This document shows positions 18,936 through 27,824 of a DNA stretch of 64,000 bases, piece by piece (positions within the stretch are counted from its first letter, which is position 1; every line of letters starts with the position of its first letter). A model generated the notes under the pieces. The model worked only from the letters and a program-made list of their open reading frames with translations. It did not search any database and was not told where the DNA came from. The position numbers and the translations under genes are program-made. The stretch covers positions 128,001-192,000 of IMG/VR virus record IMGVR_UViG_3300032236_001024; one strand, 5' to 3'. Source of the DNA: a virus. Lineage: Duplodnaviria > Caudoviricetes.

Positions 18936-19652
18936 TTAAAGACTGATTAAACCATGACCAAAAAATTTAGTTTCTTTAGTTCCAAATCTGCTTTCATTCA
19001 TTTGCTTATAATAATATCCATGCCAACTCAACTTACAAAAATACATCTTATTATTTCCAACAGCAAATGGAATTAATGTAGGATATGAAAGCATATACTT
19101 ACATACGCCTTCAACAACACTCATCCACCAATGATTAGTAATATCATCAATGATGACAACACCTTCATTGTGAATTAAATCACTAGCAATCTTTAAATCG
19201 TTGATTGTATGCTCTACTGTATGACCACCATCAACGGACATGAAACGAAGAGAACCAGCTGGAATAGTTTTTCTCATAATATCTTTGGAATCTGTAGAAT
19301 CTTCTTCAAGCAAGATAATATTATTTCCCTTATGCCTATCATACTTGATGATATTATCAGCGAACATATCCTTTCTTCCTTGACCAGAATTATCAATGTT
19401 CAAGTGTTGAAGATCAAATACATCTACAGCATATGACTTATATTTTTCTTCGATTGCTTGATTTAAGAGAAGGAAAAGTTTTCCATGATGAATACCAATT
19501 TCACATGCGCCGCCTTCTTTGTTTAGCGGCAAACTATCAAAATGGTCTACAATTTCTGCCACTCTTTCGTGACACCATCCCTCAACATTATTAAATCCAT
19601 TATTCACATAATTTTCAATATACTTATTATTAAAATTCATAATATACCTCAC
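18936..19652 (-). CDS. class I SAM-dependent methyltransferase (Methyltransf_24-like)
   Basis: EIGIHHGK, SVDGGHT, IIDD. Confidence 0.85.
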   Translation of the reverse strand: MRYIMNFNNKYIENYVNNGFNNVEGWCHERVAEIVDHFDSLPLNKEGGACEIGIHHGKLFLLLNQAIEEKYKSYAVDVFDLQHLNIDNSGQGRKDMFADNIIKYDRHKGNNIILLEEDSTDSKDIMRKTIPAGSLRFMSVDGGHTVEHTINDLKIASDLIHNEGVVIIDDITNHWWMSVVEGVCKYMLSYPTLIPFAVGNNKMYFCKLSWHGYYYKQMNESRFGTKETKFFGHGLISL

Positions 19653-19663
19653 TCATTTTCTTC

Positions 19664-19692
19664 ATAATATACTATTATTTATGTAATGTCAA
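19664..19692 (-). promoter_or_regulatory. sigma70-type promoter of the sugar/methyltransferase operon
   Basis: TTGACA-N17-TATTAT. Confidence 0.7.
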
Positions 19693-19722
19693 TAGGGGGT
19701 AGAATTGATTTCCTACCCCCTA
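19693..19722 (-). terminator. GC-rich hairpin after the autotransporter-like gene
   Basis: TAGGGGGTAG...CTACCCCCTA; weak U-tract. Confidence 0.5.
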
Positions 19723-19730
19723 AAGTATTA

Positions 19731-21761
19731 TTAAAATTTAATCTTCAATCCAACCATACCAACAGCGGCAGTATATTCCTTGCCTTTATCAAATCCACCA
19801 GTTAAATCAAAATATACATCCTTAAAGATTTCATTTTTAACAGAAGCACGAATTTGTCCTACTGTTTTGAAATCCTTAGATTGTGTTACTCTGGTTTCTA
19901 CACCAAACCAATCAATATCATATCTGACACCAACGTATGGAGTATAAGTGAATGAACTATCTTTTTCTGGAAGTGTTGAAAGAAGTGGTGAACCAGTTTC
20001 AACAGCTGATGAAATCATTGATTTATTCAATGTAACACCAACAAGTGGTCTGAATCCACTATAATCTTCTCCAGAATAAAAAGTAAAATCAGCATAATAG
20101 TTCTTTACTTTTACCTTGCTTGAGTTGGCAAGAGCAAAGATTGGAAGTGAAATTGATGTATTATAGTCAGTCACACCAAATCCAATAGATGCTTTTGTCC
20201 ATACTTCGCTTTGCTTGTTGAGAATATAAGCAGTAGCGCCATATGAATCAGAACCAGAAGTTGTGTTTAGATATTCATGACTATTTGACTTGTTAAATGT
20301 GCCAGCAATACCTAAAGTATTATTCTCAATTGTATTTTGAGCACCAAATCCAAGTGAACTATTACGAATTGTTCCACCAATCTTGGCATATCCCAATGAA
20401 GGAGTTGTCCATGCACCATCTTTTGTTGAAATTACATCAACTAAAAATGGATTAAAATTACGGACAGCAATCGCATCTTTTAATCCAGCTGCGGAAACAG
20501 AAGCAGTTTGATTGGAAGAAGTAGAACGAACAATATTATCTCTTACAGTAGTAACAATAACTTCATTAGTTGTCACTGGTGTTTGTACAACTACATTAGT
20601 AGTAGATGTAGTTACAACAGGAGTACCATCAGTAGAAGTTGTTGAATTATCAGAATATGTGGTTACTGTAACAGGTATTGTAGTTGTAGTTGTAGTTCTT
20701 GGAGTAGTAGCTGTAGTCACAACAGTAACTGGTGTAGTTGCTGTATTTACAACAGTTCTTGGTGTTGTTCCAACAACAGTAGTAGTTCTAGTTATATCAA
20801 TTGTCTTTGGTGTTTTAGCAGCAACATCACGATTACTTGATGTATATGTTGTTGGTGCAAGTGTTGTAGTTGATACTGTAGTAGTTATTCCTCTTGTAGT
20901 AGTAGAGGATGTAGTTGTAGTACCATTAGAAGAACTTGAAGATACTTTTGGTGTTCCAGCTGCAGTACTTACTACAGTTGGAGGTGGTGGTGTTCCAGTA
21001 TTACCGTTTTGAGCAGCTGCGCCATTACCATTAGCACTAATTGTTCCGCCAACAGTACCAGCAACAATACCCTTAATGATATCGTCGAGTGCAGTTACGT
21101 TTTGCTTTTGTGCAGTAGTAGCTGTTGCTGCGGTGCTGAAACGAGTAGAATCGAGCCAATTTGTATCAGCAACTGTAACAATAGTACCTGTTACACCTTG
21201 ACCAAGATTACCAGCACGACCAATCCATGACATACCAGAAACAGCACCAGCACCGTCAGAAATAAGTGGAATGCCTTGACTATTTACGATAGCAGAAACA
21301 GCTGCATAGTTAACAGTGATGCCAGCAGTCATATACTTTGTATTAACATTGCTGGATACATTGTTTGTCATAGCAGAATTTGCACCGATAGTGGTAGTTC
21401 CACCACCTAGATTAGTAATAAGTGCAGCAACTGAATTATTTCTTGCCTGACAACAACCAGGATTTTCAGTTACGAAATAAGCAAAACCGCCATTTGTAAC
21501 ATATGTCTGATACTTTGTTTGTTCACTAGCAGTCAAAGCAGCAGAATATCTTAAGTCCCAAACTTGTTGATATGTGCTTGTGGCAGTTGGAATTTGTGCA
21601 AGGTCTGTAGTTACAGTTACTGTATGACCAGCAGCTTCTAGTCTGCCCTTGACGTTATTAGTAACTTGATCGTATTGTGCATCGATAACAAGAACATTAT
21701 CGGCATATGCAGTTGTTATGAGTGCGAATAGCATAGCTATCGCAGTTAATATCTTTTTCAT
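19731..21761 (-). CDS. secreted surface protein: N-terminal globular domain, Thr/Val-rich stalk, C-terminal autotransporter-like beta-barrel
   Basis: signal peptide MKKILTAIAMLFALITTAYA; PPPP then long T/S/V run; C-terminal amphipathic strands ending GLKIKF. Confidence 0.7.
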   Translation of the reverse strand: MKKILTAIAMLFALITTAYADNVLVIDAQYDQVTNNVKGRLEAAGHTVTVTTDLAQIPTATSTYQQVWDLRYSAALTASEQTKYQTYVTNGGFAYFVTENPGCCQARNNSVAALITNLGGGTTTIGANSAMTNNVSSNVNTKYMTAGITVNYAAVSAIVNSQGIPLISDGAGAVSGMSWIGRAGNLGQGVTGTIVTVADTNWLDSTRFSTAATATTAQKQNVTALDDIIKGIVAGTVGGTISANGNGAAAQNGNTGTPPPPTVVSTAAGTPKVSSSSSNGTTTTSSTTTRGITTTVSTTTLAPTTYTSSNRDVAAKTPKTIDITRTTTVVGTTPRTVVNTATTPVTVVTTATTPRTTTTTTIPVTVTTYSDNSTTSTDGTPVVTTSTTNVVVQTPVTTNEVIVTTVRDNIVRSTSSNQTASVSAAGLKDAIAVRNFNPFLVDVISTKDGAWTTPSLGYAKIGGTIRNSSLGFGAQNTIENNTLGIAGTFNKSNSHEYLNTTSGSDSYGATAYILNKQSEVWTKASIGFGVTDYNTSISLPIFALANSSKVKVKNYYADFTFYSGEDYSGFRPLVGVTLNKSMISSAVETGSPLLSTLPEKDSSFTYTPYVGVRYDIDWFGVETRVTQSKDFKTVGQIRASVKNEIFKDVYFDLTGGFDKGKEYTAAVGMVGLKIKF

Positions 21762-21820
21762 ATATTGCTCCTTATGATTGATACATATCAAATAATATCA
21801 TCACATCATAACGAACATAG

Positions 21821-21828
21821 TATTTATA
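21821..21828 (-). promoter_or_regulatory. T4-type late promoter TATAAATA
   Basis: exact octamer upstream of the autotransporter-like gene. Confidence 0.65.
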
Positions 21829-21833
21829 TAAGA

Positions 21834-21909
21834 TGGTAGTCCGTGACGGGATCGAACCGCCGACACTCTGCATGTAAAGCAGACGCTTCTACCTCTGAGC
21901 TAACGGACC
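21834..21909 (-). tRNA. tRNA-Val(TAC)
   Basis: TCTGC-TTTACAT-GCAGA, CCA. Confidence 0.93.
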
Positions 21910-21914
21910 AAATT

Positions 21915-22553
21915 TTACATTAACTTATCTACAAATTCTAAAAGCAATTGGTGATGTTCACCTTTATGCCAGAATTTATTTATATACTTATATTGATCTT
22001 CATACCAAAATTCTTCACTCTCTGGATGACAACCAATCAATCCTATATTACCCTGAATGATTGCCATTGGCTCATCATTAGAATATTTGGCTATAGTATC
22101 ATAATATCCAGACCCTGTAAAGGTGCAACCATCATAAAAGAACATTTTTTGTTTCTGACCTAGCCATTCTATATCAGCAACAGTTCCGTAACTTCGTTTT
22201 ATGTCAGATGTTGGACGCTTAATATATTGTACTGCGTCTACATCTTTAAGGAGATCAAAATATCTAGACCCAGCCCAATAAGCACCCATACAAATACCCA
22301 CATACCTGCCGCCTCCATCAACAAACGATGCAATTTTGTTAGCTTTAGTACGTGTAAAAAAATCGAAATAGGAATCAGAATCACCAATCCCACCAGGAAA
22401 AAGAATCCCATCAGACTCATTTAAAACCTCGTCCAGATCATCATTAATAGTAAATATTTTAATTTCATATTTTGGTGATAAAGATTTTATCATTCCATCA
22501 CAACATTGTCTGGAACATTCAGGATGATGCTGAAACAAAGCTATTCTTTTCAT
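21915..22553 (-). CDS. class I glutamine amidotransferase-like protein (BPL_N-like)
   Basis: FPGGIG, YVGICMGAY nucleophile elbow, GCHPE. Confidence 0.75.
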   Translation of the reverse strand: MKRIALFQHHPECSRQCCDGMIKSLSPKYEIKIFTINDDLDEVLNESDGILFPGGIGDSDSYFDFFTRTKANKIASFVDGGGRYVGICMGAYWAGSRYFDLLKDVDAVQYIKRPTSDIKRSYGTVADIEWLGQKQKMFFYDGCTFTGSGYYDTIAKYSNDEPMAIIQGNIGLIGCHPESEEFWYEDQYKYINKFWHKGEHHQLLLEFVDKLM

Positions 22554-22591
22554 GATATCTCCATCTTATGATGGTATTTATGATATTTATT

Positions 22592-22677
22592 TGGTGGGAA
22601 GAGATGGATTCGAACCAACTCACCTATAAGGAACGGTTTTACAGACCGTCGCATCTCTCCAACTATGCCGCCTTCCC
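22592..22677 (-). tRNA. tRNA-Tyr(GTA)
   Basis: ACGGT-CTGTAAA-ACCGT, long variable arm, CCA. Confidence 0.93.
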
Positions 22678-22683
22678 ATAATA

Positions 22684-22759
22684 TGGTGCTGCCAGAGAGA
22701 TTCGAACTCCCGACAACCTGATTACTAATCAGGTGCTCTACCAACTGAGCTATGGCAGC
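22684..22759 (-). tRNA. tRNA-Thr(AGT)
   Basis: CCTGA-TTAGTAA-TCAGG; canonical D and T arms; GCTGCCA/TGGCAGC-A-CCA. Confidence 0.88.
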
Positions 22760-22762
22760 ATT

Positions 22763-22891
22763 TTAGTGCAAAAAGAATGAAAGAAATGTAAGTACGAAAA
22801 TAGGCATCCAAAACAGGAAAGCTACAATTCTACTCACTTCAAAAGCAGCTTCTGCTTTTTTTATAAGATTATCTTTATCGTATACAAACAA
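22763..22891 (-). CDS. small membrane protein (42 aa, TTG start)
   Basis: GGAG upstream of TTG; hydrophobic C-terminus; track ORF extends spuriously into tRNA-Leu. Confidence 0.5.
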   Translation of the reverse strand: MFVYDKDNLIKKAEAAFEVSRIVAFLFWMPIFVLTFLSFFLH

Positions 22892-22910
22892 TTTCTTTAC
22901 TCCTAAATTT

Positions 22911-22987
22911 TGGTGCCCCAAGTTGGATTCGAACCAACAACCCTCAGTTTCTAAGACTGATACCTCTACCAATTGGGCTATAAGGGC
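22911..22987 (-). tRNA. tRNA-Leu(TAG), short variable loop
   Basis: TCAGT-CTTAGAA-ACTGA, CCA. Confidence 0.88.
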
Positions 22988-22991
22988 ATTA

Positions 22992-23819
22992 TTAGATATT
23001 TATACCATACTTTTCAAAGATTGTCAATACCTCTGGATCAATAGAATTTCTGTCTGCAGGTAAAAGAACATTGCCTCTGGTATCAGAAAAAACATCCTTA
23101 CCATTTTTAATATTATCAACAATATTGTTAATATCTCTTACTCGTTCACTATTAAATTCTTGATGTGAGTAAGTTATTATTTTATGTTGAATAGTTTCAG
23201 GTGATCCCCAGAAACTAAGATGCCAACCTCCACCATATATGAATGGTATCTGGTGTCCCCAACGACTTTCTCTTATCCATTGAGGACCATTTTGTTTTGC
23301 TATTCTATTTGTACAAAGAACAGTTCCAAAACAGTCGTTCTCTTGCAAATAGTTAAAATTGTAATAAAACATATCTTGTTTGAAGCCAATCATAGGATTG
23401 TATTCATAATCGATATGTTGTAATGCCATATCTATTCCATACTTGGAAGGAATTTCATCAGCATCACCTATTAATACAAGAGCATCATCTTCAAAAAATT
23501 CTAATGCCTTTGCAATATGATTCCTTTGATATTGCTCTACTGCCCAATATCCTGTATCTCGACTTCCTGGGTCTAGGGCATATTGTCGCAAAGAAAAATC
23601 ATAATTGTTTTTGTTTATAAAAACTGGATAATAAAATATCTTGTCAATATAATTTTTATATCTATTGATGTTGTCTAAAAAATTTAACGATTTATCAGCA
23701 CCATTAAAACTTATATTAGCCTCAACTATAATAAATTTATCAACTTTATCATATAGATATTCTAATCTACCTTCAAGTATATCATACTCAGTTGAAAACA
23801 TAAAACAATCAAGTAACAT
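22992..23819 (-). CDS. GT17-like glycosyltransferase
   Basis: DCFMF..EYDILEGRL, IVEAN, QRNHI, DADEIP, GGWHLSF. Confidence 0.8.
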   Translation of the reverse strand: MLLDCFMFSTEYDILEGRLEYLYDKVDKFIIVEANISFNGADKSLNFLDNINRYKNYIDKIFYYPVFINKNNYDFSLRQYALDPGSRDTGYWAVEQYQRNHIAKALEFFEDDALVLIGDADEIPSKYGIDMALQHIDYEYNPMIGFKQDMFYYNFNYLQENDCFGTVLCTNRIAKQNGPQWIRESRWGHQIPFIYGGGWHLSFWGSPETIQHKIITYSHQEFNSERVRDINNIVDNIKNGKDVFSDTRGNVLLPADRNSIDPEVLTIFEKYGINI

Positions 23820-23828
23820 ATTAAACCC

Positions 23829-24866
23829 TTATATCAATTCTTTAAGTTTATTTTCTAATGCATTTATTCTATTATCATGAATTTCATTTTTGTTTTGATC
23901 AGAAAGATTGCACAACTCAATTGTAATAAAATCAGATAAAACCTTTGAATCATAACCATTCGTATTATTTATAAGAGTGTTCATTCTATTTTTCATGTTA
24001 CAAAATTCATATACTAAATGTTCTGCATAAGGTCCAATCAATTCTCTTATCACATCTCTAGTAATATCTGGATTACTATAATTAAATGATTCAGTTCCAT
24101 ATATCGAATGATACAATCCAGCCAAAAGAACTTCATCAGAAACTTTATTCTTTCTGTTCTCCAAACTCAACATAGTGCCAAAAAGATGTTCGAAAAACGA
24201 TCTACCACTATGCTTCACATCAGAAGAAATTTTTGTGATGAACTTCATCTGTGGACATACAATAGCAGGATCAATAGTTTTAATAACAAGAACAGACCTT
24301 AACACTGTACATGCTCTTGATAATGGTCTAGAAGCATGAAGTGTCTTTGATTCAAATATAAAAACTTTACCCAATCTTGGTAGAACTGATGCTACAATCT
24401 CATTCGATTCATCAGTCTTCAAATTCTCATATATAACAGTTTCTCCACCCCAATCTATATTCCATGTTGGGTTGAGATAAATTACAGCTGTTTCAGAAAG
24501 AGCAGATTCGCCGTACTTTTTAATTATCCATGAATCATCTTGGTGAGCATATCCTTCAGTACCAAAAGTATATCCATTGATATACGTTCTATAAAATCCT
24601 CTAGAACCAATCACAGACTGAATGATCTGCCATATTTTATTAATCTCAGGATAATTATTCAGATAAGGAGTATCATTATGATCACATGGGATACGAGTGC
24701 TATTTGTTATAAGTAATTTATTCCAATGCCCCTGATCATATGACTTATTATTATTGGATCGCCATCCATATGTGAGACCAGTATTAACATACTTCCTGCG
24801 GACTGTATTAGTTAATTCTAGATCATCACCTTCCAATTGGAAGACAGCACTTTTTACACTGTTCAT
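23829..24866 (-). CDS. 2OG-Fe(II) oxygenase fused to an HD-like (DUF6817-like) domain
   Basis: HQD, WGGET, H.SRP in the N-half; HSGRSFFEHL and AGLYHSIYGT in the C-half. Confidence 0.75.
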   Translation of the reverse strand: MNSVKSAVFQLEGDDLELTNTVRRKYVNTGLTYGWRSNNNKSYDQGHWNKLLITNSTRIPCDHNDTPYLNNYPEINKIWQIIQSVIGSRGFYRTYINGYTFGTEGYAHQDDSWIIKKYGESALSETAVIYLNPTWNIDWGGETVIYENLKTDESNEIVASVLPRLGKVFIFESKTLHASRPLSRACTVLRSVLVIKTIDPAIVCPQMKFITKISSDVKHSGRSFFEHLFGTMLSLENRKNKVSDEVLLAGLYHSIYGTESFNYSNPDITRDVIRELIGPYAEHLVYEFCNMKNRMNTLINNTNGYDSKVLSDFITIELCNLSDQNKNEIHDNRINALENKLKELI

Positions 24867-24900
24867 ATATAATTCCTCATTTTCACCGTATTCGTATTTA

Positions 24901-24908
24901 TATAAATA
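24901..24908 (+). promoter_or_regulatory. T4-type late promoter TATAAATA
   Basis: exact octamer 29 nt before the ATG at 24937. Confidence 0.75.
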
Positions 24909-24936
24909 TTTGAATAATCATATAGGGCAATCATAA

Positions 24937-25845
24937 ATGTGTACAATTGTTGCAAAATATTTTAAGAAAACTGGTTGGGTTTTAGCCAAGAATCGTGACC
25001 AAGATTATGTTTCTCAAATATCTTTTGAAGACGAAAAGGACAAAAAAGTTGGCGAAATACTTCTTATGTATGACTATGAAACAAAATACAAAGAAGGTAT
25101 GAATTATAAAGGACTAGTCATAATAACAACCAGTCTTACACCTACTCTTCTTGGTGAAACAAACGGAAAAGATGGAAAAAATATAGAAATTGCACTCCAT
25201 ATGACTGATCCAATGGAGGCTGCAAAGTTTTTAGTCAAAAATAAAATGACTGGTTATATTTTCTGTGCGACACCAGAAAAATTAGTTTTAGTCGAAGCAG
25301 CAAAAACTGATCAGGGAAAAGGCGAATATCATAGTACAATTCGTGAAGTTTCAAAGACTGAAGTTGTAGCTCGCACAAATCATGGAATTGATTTTGAATG
25401 GGCAGGATTCCAATATGGCGTCATGAAACAACAAGACATTTGGAGAAAATCTAGCGAAATGCGTATGGAACAAGCATTAAAGGCAACCAAAAATTGTAAG
25501 GATGCCAAAGAAATGATTGAAGCCATGTCTAGTAAAATGACTAAAGACTTGCAATTCAATGTCTTTAGAGTAGAAAATAAACCAAGACAAATGCGTACAA
25601 TATTTCAATCAGCTTATGTTCCATCTGAAACAGTATTAATAATCAGACCAATTCAATGCAAGATGGATGTTAACGTAAGCCGTGAAAAAATCCATATTGA
25701 AATTCTTGACAACACAGAACTACATAAAATTTATGATGGAAGAATAAAACACTTCTCAAAAATCGTACAAAAGAGTGATGAAGAATTCAAAACTGTTGTT
25801 CAAGAAGAACAATTTTTAGGATTTAGAGAATACGTAAATTATTAA
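24937..25845 (+). CDS. Ntn-hydrolase-like protein (N-terminal Cys nucleophile)
   Basis: MCTIV...AKNRD, G.N..GL, RTNHG. Confidence 0.65.
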   Translation: MCTIVAKYFKKTGWVLAKNRDQDYVSQISFEDEKDKKVGEILLMYDYETKYKEGMNYKGLVIITTSLTPTLLGETNGKDGKNIEIALHMTDPMEAAKFLVKNKMTGYIFCATPEKLVLVEAAKTDQGKGEYHSTIREVSKTEVVARTNHGIDFEWAGFQYGVMKQQDIWRKSSEMRMEQALKATKNCKDAKEMIEAMSSKMTKDLQFNVFRVENKPRQMRTIFQSAYVPSETVLIIRPIQCKMDVNVSREKIHIEILDNTELHKIYDGRIKHFSKIVQKSDEEFKTVVQEEQFLGFREYVNY

Positions 25846-25848
25846 TAA

Positions 25849-25926
25849 TGGTGCATCAGGAAGGATTCGAACCTTCAACCTTCGGTTTCGAAGACCGCTG
25901 CTCTCATCCAGTTGAGCTACTGATGC
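25849..25926 (-). tRNA. tRNA-Arg(TCG)
   Basis: GCGGT-CTTCGAA-ACCGA, CCA. Confidence 0.88.
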
Positions 25927-26122
25927 TGAATAAATTATCAACCAATCCTTTAGCTTCTTCTTCAGTAAATTCCTGCAAGAAAATACGAAAAGATGCCTGA
26001 CACATATTAGATGCAAGAAGAAGTAATTCATTTCTATCATTAGTCATATATATTTGCATTTCAATTGGTGCAAATAATTCTTGTTTCCTCTTCAATAGAC
26101 TTTGTATCTGTTTTTCATCCAT
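25904..26122 (-). CDS. hypothetical protein (3' end runs into tRNA-Arg)
   Basis: 72 aa ORF with AGG upstream. Confidence 0.55.
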   Translation of the reverse strand: MDEKQIQSLLKRKQELFAPIEMQIYMTNDRNELLLLASNMCQASFRIFLQEFTEEEAKGLVDNLFSISSSTG

Positions 26123-26138
26123 TATAACAACCTATTTT

Positions 26139-26216
26139 TGGAGGGGAAGATGGGAGTCGAACCCACCTAAAAAGGTTTTGCAGACCTTGCCATAACCGCT
26201 CTGGACTCACTTCCCC
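26139..26216 (-). tRNA. tRNA-Cys(GCA)
   Basis: AAGGT-CTGCAAA-ACCTT, U73 discriminator, CCA. Confidence 0.88.
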
Positions 26217-26226
26217 GTATAAATGA

Positions 26227-26299
26227 TGGTGGAGTAAGTGGGACTCGAACCCACCTCAGATTCCTTGCAAAGGATTCCTGCTTGCCCTGAGCCTACCCC
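26227..26299 (-). tRNA. tRNA-Ala(TGC)
   Basis: TTTGCAA loop; G3:U70 pair in acceptor GGGGTAG/TTACTCC; CCA. Confidence 0.85.
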
Positions 26300-26308
26300 A
26301 ATTCTTAT

Positions 26309-27739
26309 TTAGTAATCGTAACGCTCATTCATGATAGTCTTGAGCATGATTGCTTCTGGAGTGAAATCATCCATATCAGCTGCAAGAACTGACTTGACGA
26401 TTGCAGGAGAGAAACCAGAAACAAGAGCAGCACCACGAGTATCATACTTCACAGGTACGTTGTCGTTAGCATTAAGGTTCCAGAAGATGATATTAGGCAC
26501 CTTATAACCAGCTTCAGTATACTTGCGAGCAATCATTTCCATTGCAGAATCATCATGGTGAGTGCACTGATCAAACTGCATATCAGAAAGGATCAACAAA
26601 GCTTCAGGCATTTCCTCTTGAGGAACATTACCATTCTTTGCAACAACAAGGATATTATCCAAAGCCATATGAAGATTGGTGTTCATTTCCCACTTCGAAG
26701 TCACCATCTGCTTGATCTTGTCGAGGATGTTGCCACGAAGATTAAGCAACTGAGGCTGTGAAGAAAACGTTAGGAACGTATCTTTGAACTTACCTTTGTT
26801 CTTGTCAGCAAGATACAGACCCAGTGAGACTGCAACTTCAAGACAAGTTACAGTAGACTTCGACTGCCAACCACCAGCTTTTGTAGTCATTGATCCAGAA
26901 ACGTCAACTAGAGGAAGGATGTTAGCATCGCCAATATAGTTAGGCAAAGCTTCCCACTGAGCAAGGATATGATTCAAATTATGCTGATCATAATGATCAT
27001 AATGATTAATCATACCCTTCAGCACATCATAAGGATACACTGCACCAGCGTTAACCTTGACTTCCTTCTTGACTTCAGGATCAGTCGAAACGAGAGCAGC
27101 AGTCCATTCCTTATACTTTTCAGTATGACGAGAGAACGCCTTCTTATAACGACCAGAAGCAACAGAAGGAACATGGTTGAAGTTGATGTTATCCCAATCA
27201 TTGGCGCACATCTGAGTTTCAACAACCTTAGTCAGTTCAACCAGACGTTTACGATAGAACTTAGGAGTCCAACCAAGGTGGTTACGAAGCTTCACAGCTA
27301 CTTCACCTTGACGAGGCATCCACTTAGCACAGAGACCATTTGAATCCTCAAGGGCATAACGAATTTGTTCAAACGCATAGTATTCAGCACGAGTGCCAAC
27401 AAGAACCAACAGATCATCCCAGCGTCCAAGTTCAGGAACCTTACGCATCATAATCATACAATAGTCCAAATCTTCCTTAGCGAGATCAACAAGGATATCA
27501 CGAAAAATCTTGCGTTCTCCTGCACCTCCACGAACGTCACGAGCCCAAAGTGCAACACGAGTTGCAAGATCAAGGTTCTCAACACGAGCAGCAGTCCATG
27601 AAGGAATTACATCCTTGCCACGCATAGCACCAATCTTAAAGAAAAGATCAGTAACTGCGTTGGCAGTGGACTTACGAGCCTTCATACCATTCTGGGTACG
27701 AACCTCTTGATTGATTACAGCATTCACGAAGGTATTCAT
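26309..27739 (-). CDS. TROVE-like/vWA protein (DUF2828 family, Ro60-like)
   Basis: ARDVRGGAGER, GRWDDL, AKWMPR, MIDAS DVSGSM, SDMQFD, LVSGFSP. Confidence 0.85.
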   Translation of the reverse strand: MNTFVNAVINQEVRTQNGMKARKSTANAVTDLFFKIGAMRGKDVIPSWTAARVENLDLATRVALWARDVRGGAGERKIFRDILVDLAKEDLDYCMIMMRKVPELGRWDDLLVLVGTRAEYYAFEQIRYALEDSNGLCAKWMPRQGEVAVKLRNHLGWTPKFYRKRLVELTKVVETQMCANDWDNINFNHVPSVASGRYKKAFSRHTEKYKEWTAALVSTDPEVKKEVKVNAGAVYPYDVLKGMINHYDHYDQHNLNHILAQWEALPNYIGDANILPLVDVSGSMTTKAGGWQSKSTVTCLEVAVSLGLYLADKNKGKFKDTFLTFSSQPQLLNLRGNILDKIKQMVTSKWEMNTNLHMALDNILVVAKNGNVPQEEMPEALLILSDMQFDQCTHHDDSAMEMIARKYTEAGYKVPNIIFWNLNANDNVPVKYDTRGAALVSGFSPAIVKSVLAADMDDFTPEAIMLKTIMNERYDY

Positions 27740-27758
27740 TTCACTTTCTCCTTTTCTA

Positions 27759-27817
27759 CAGATTCAACTTTTGTTTGTTTTCAAGACAAATTTTGGTTTG
27801 TTGCGGAACTGAATCTA
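27759..27817 (-). ncRNA. Y-RNA-like unit 3 (short) upstream of TROVE gene
   Basis: AGATTCA...TGAATCT closing stem, TTCCGCAA motif, inner hairpin TTTGT-CTTGAAA-ACAAA. Confidence 0.55.
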
Positions 27818-27824
27818 AACTCAA

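Noticed and set aside
20512-21012. 166-aa Val-rich plus-strand ORF
   Set aside because: Antisense shadow of the Thr-rich stalk (ACN codons read as GTN); no RBS or promoter.
22550-22744. ORFs overlapping tRNA genes (also 25816-26040, 41688-41882, 41788-41979)
   Set aside because: They translate tRNA sequence and are not credible proteins.
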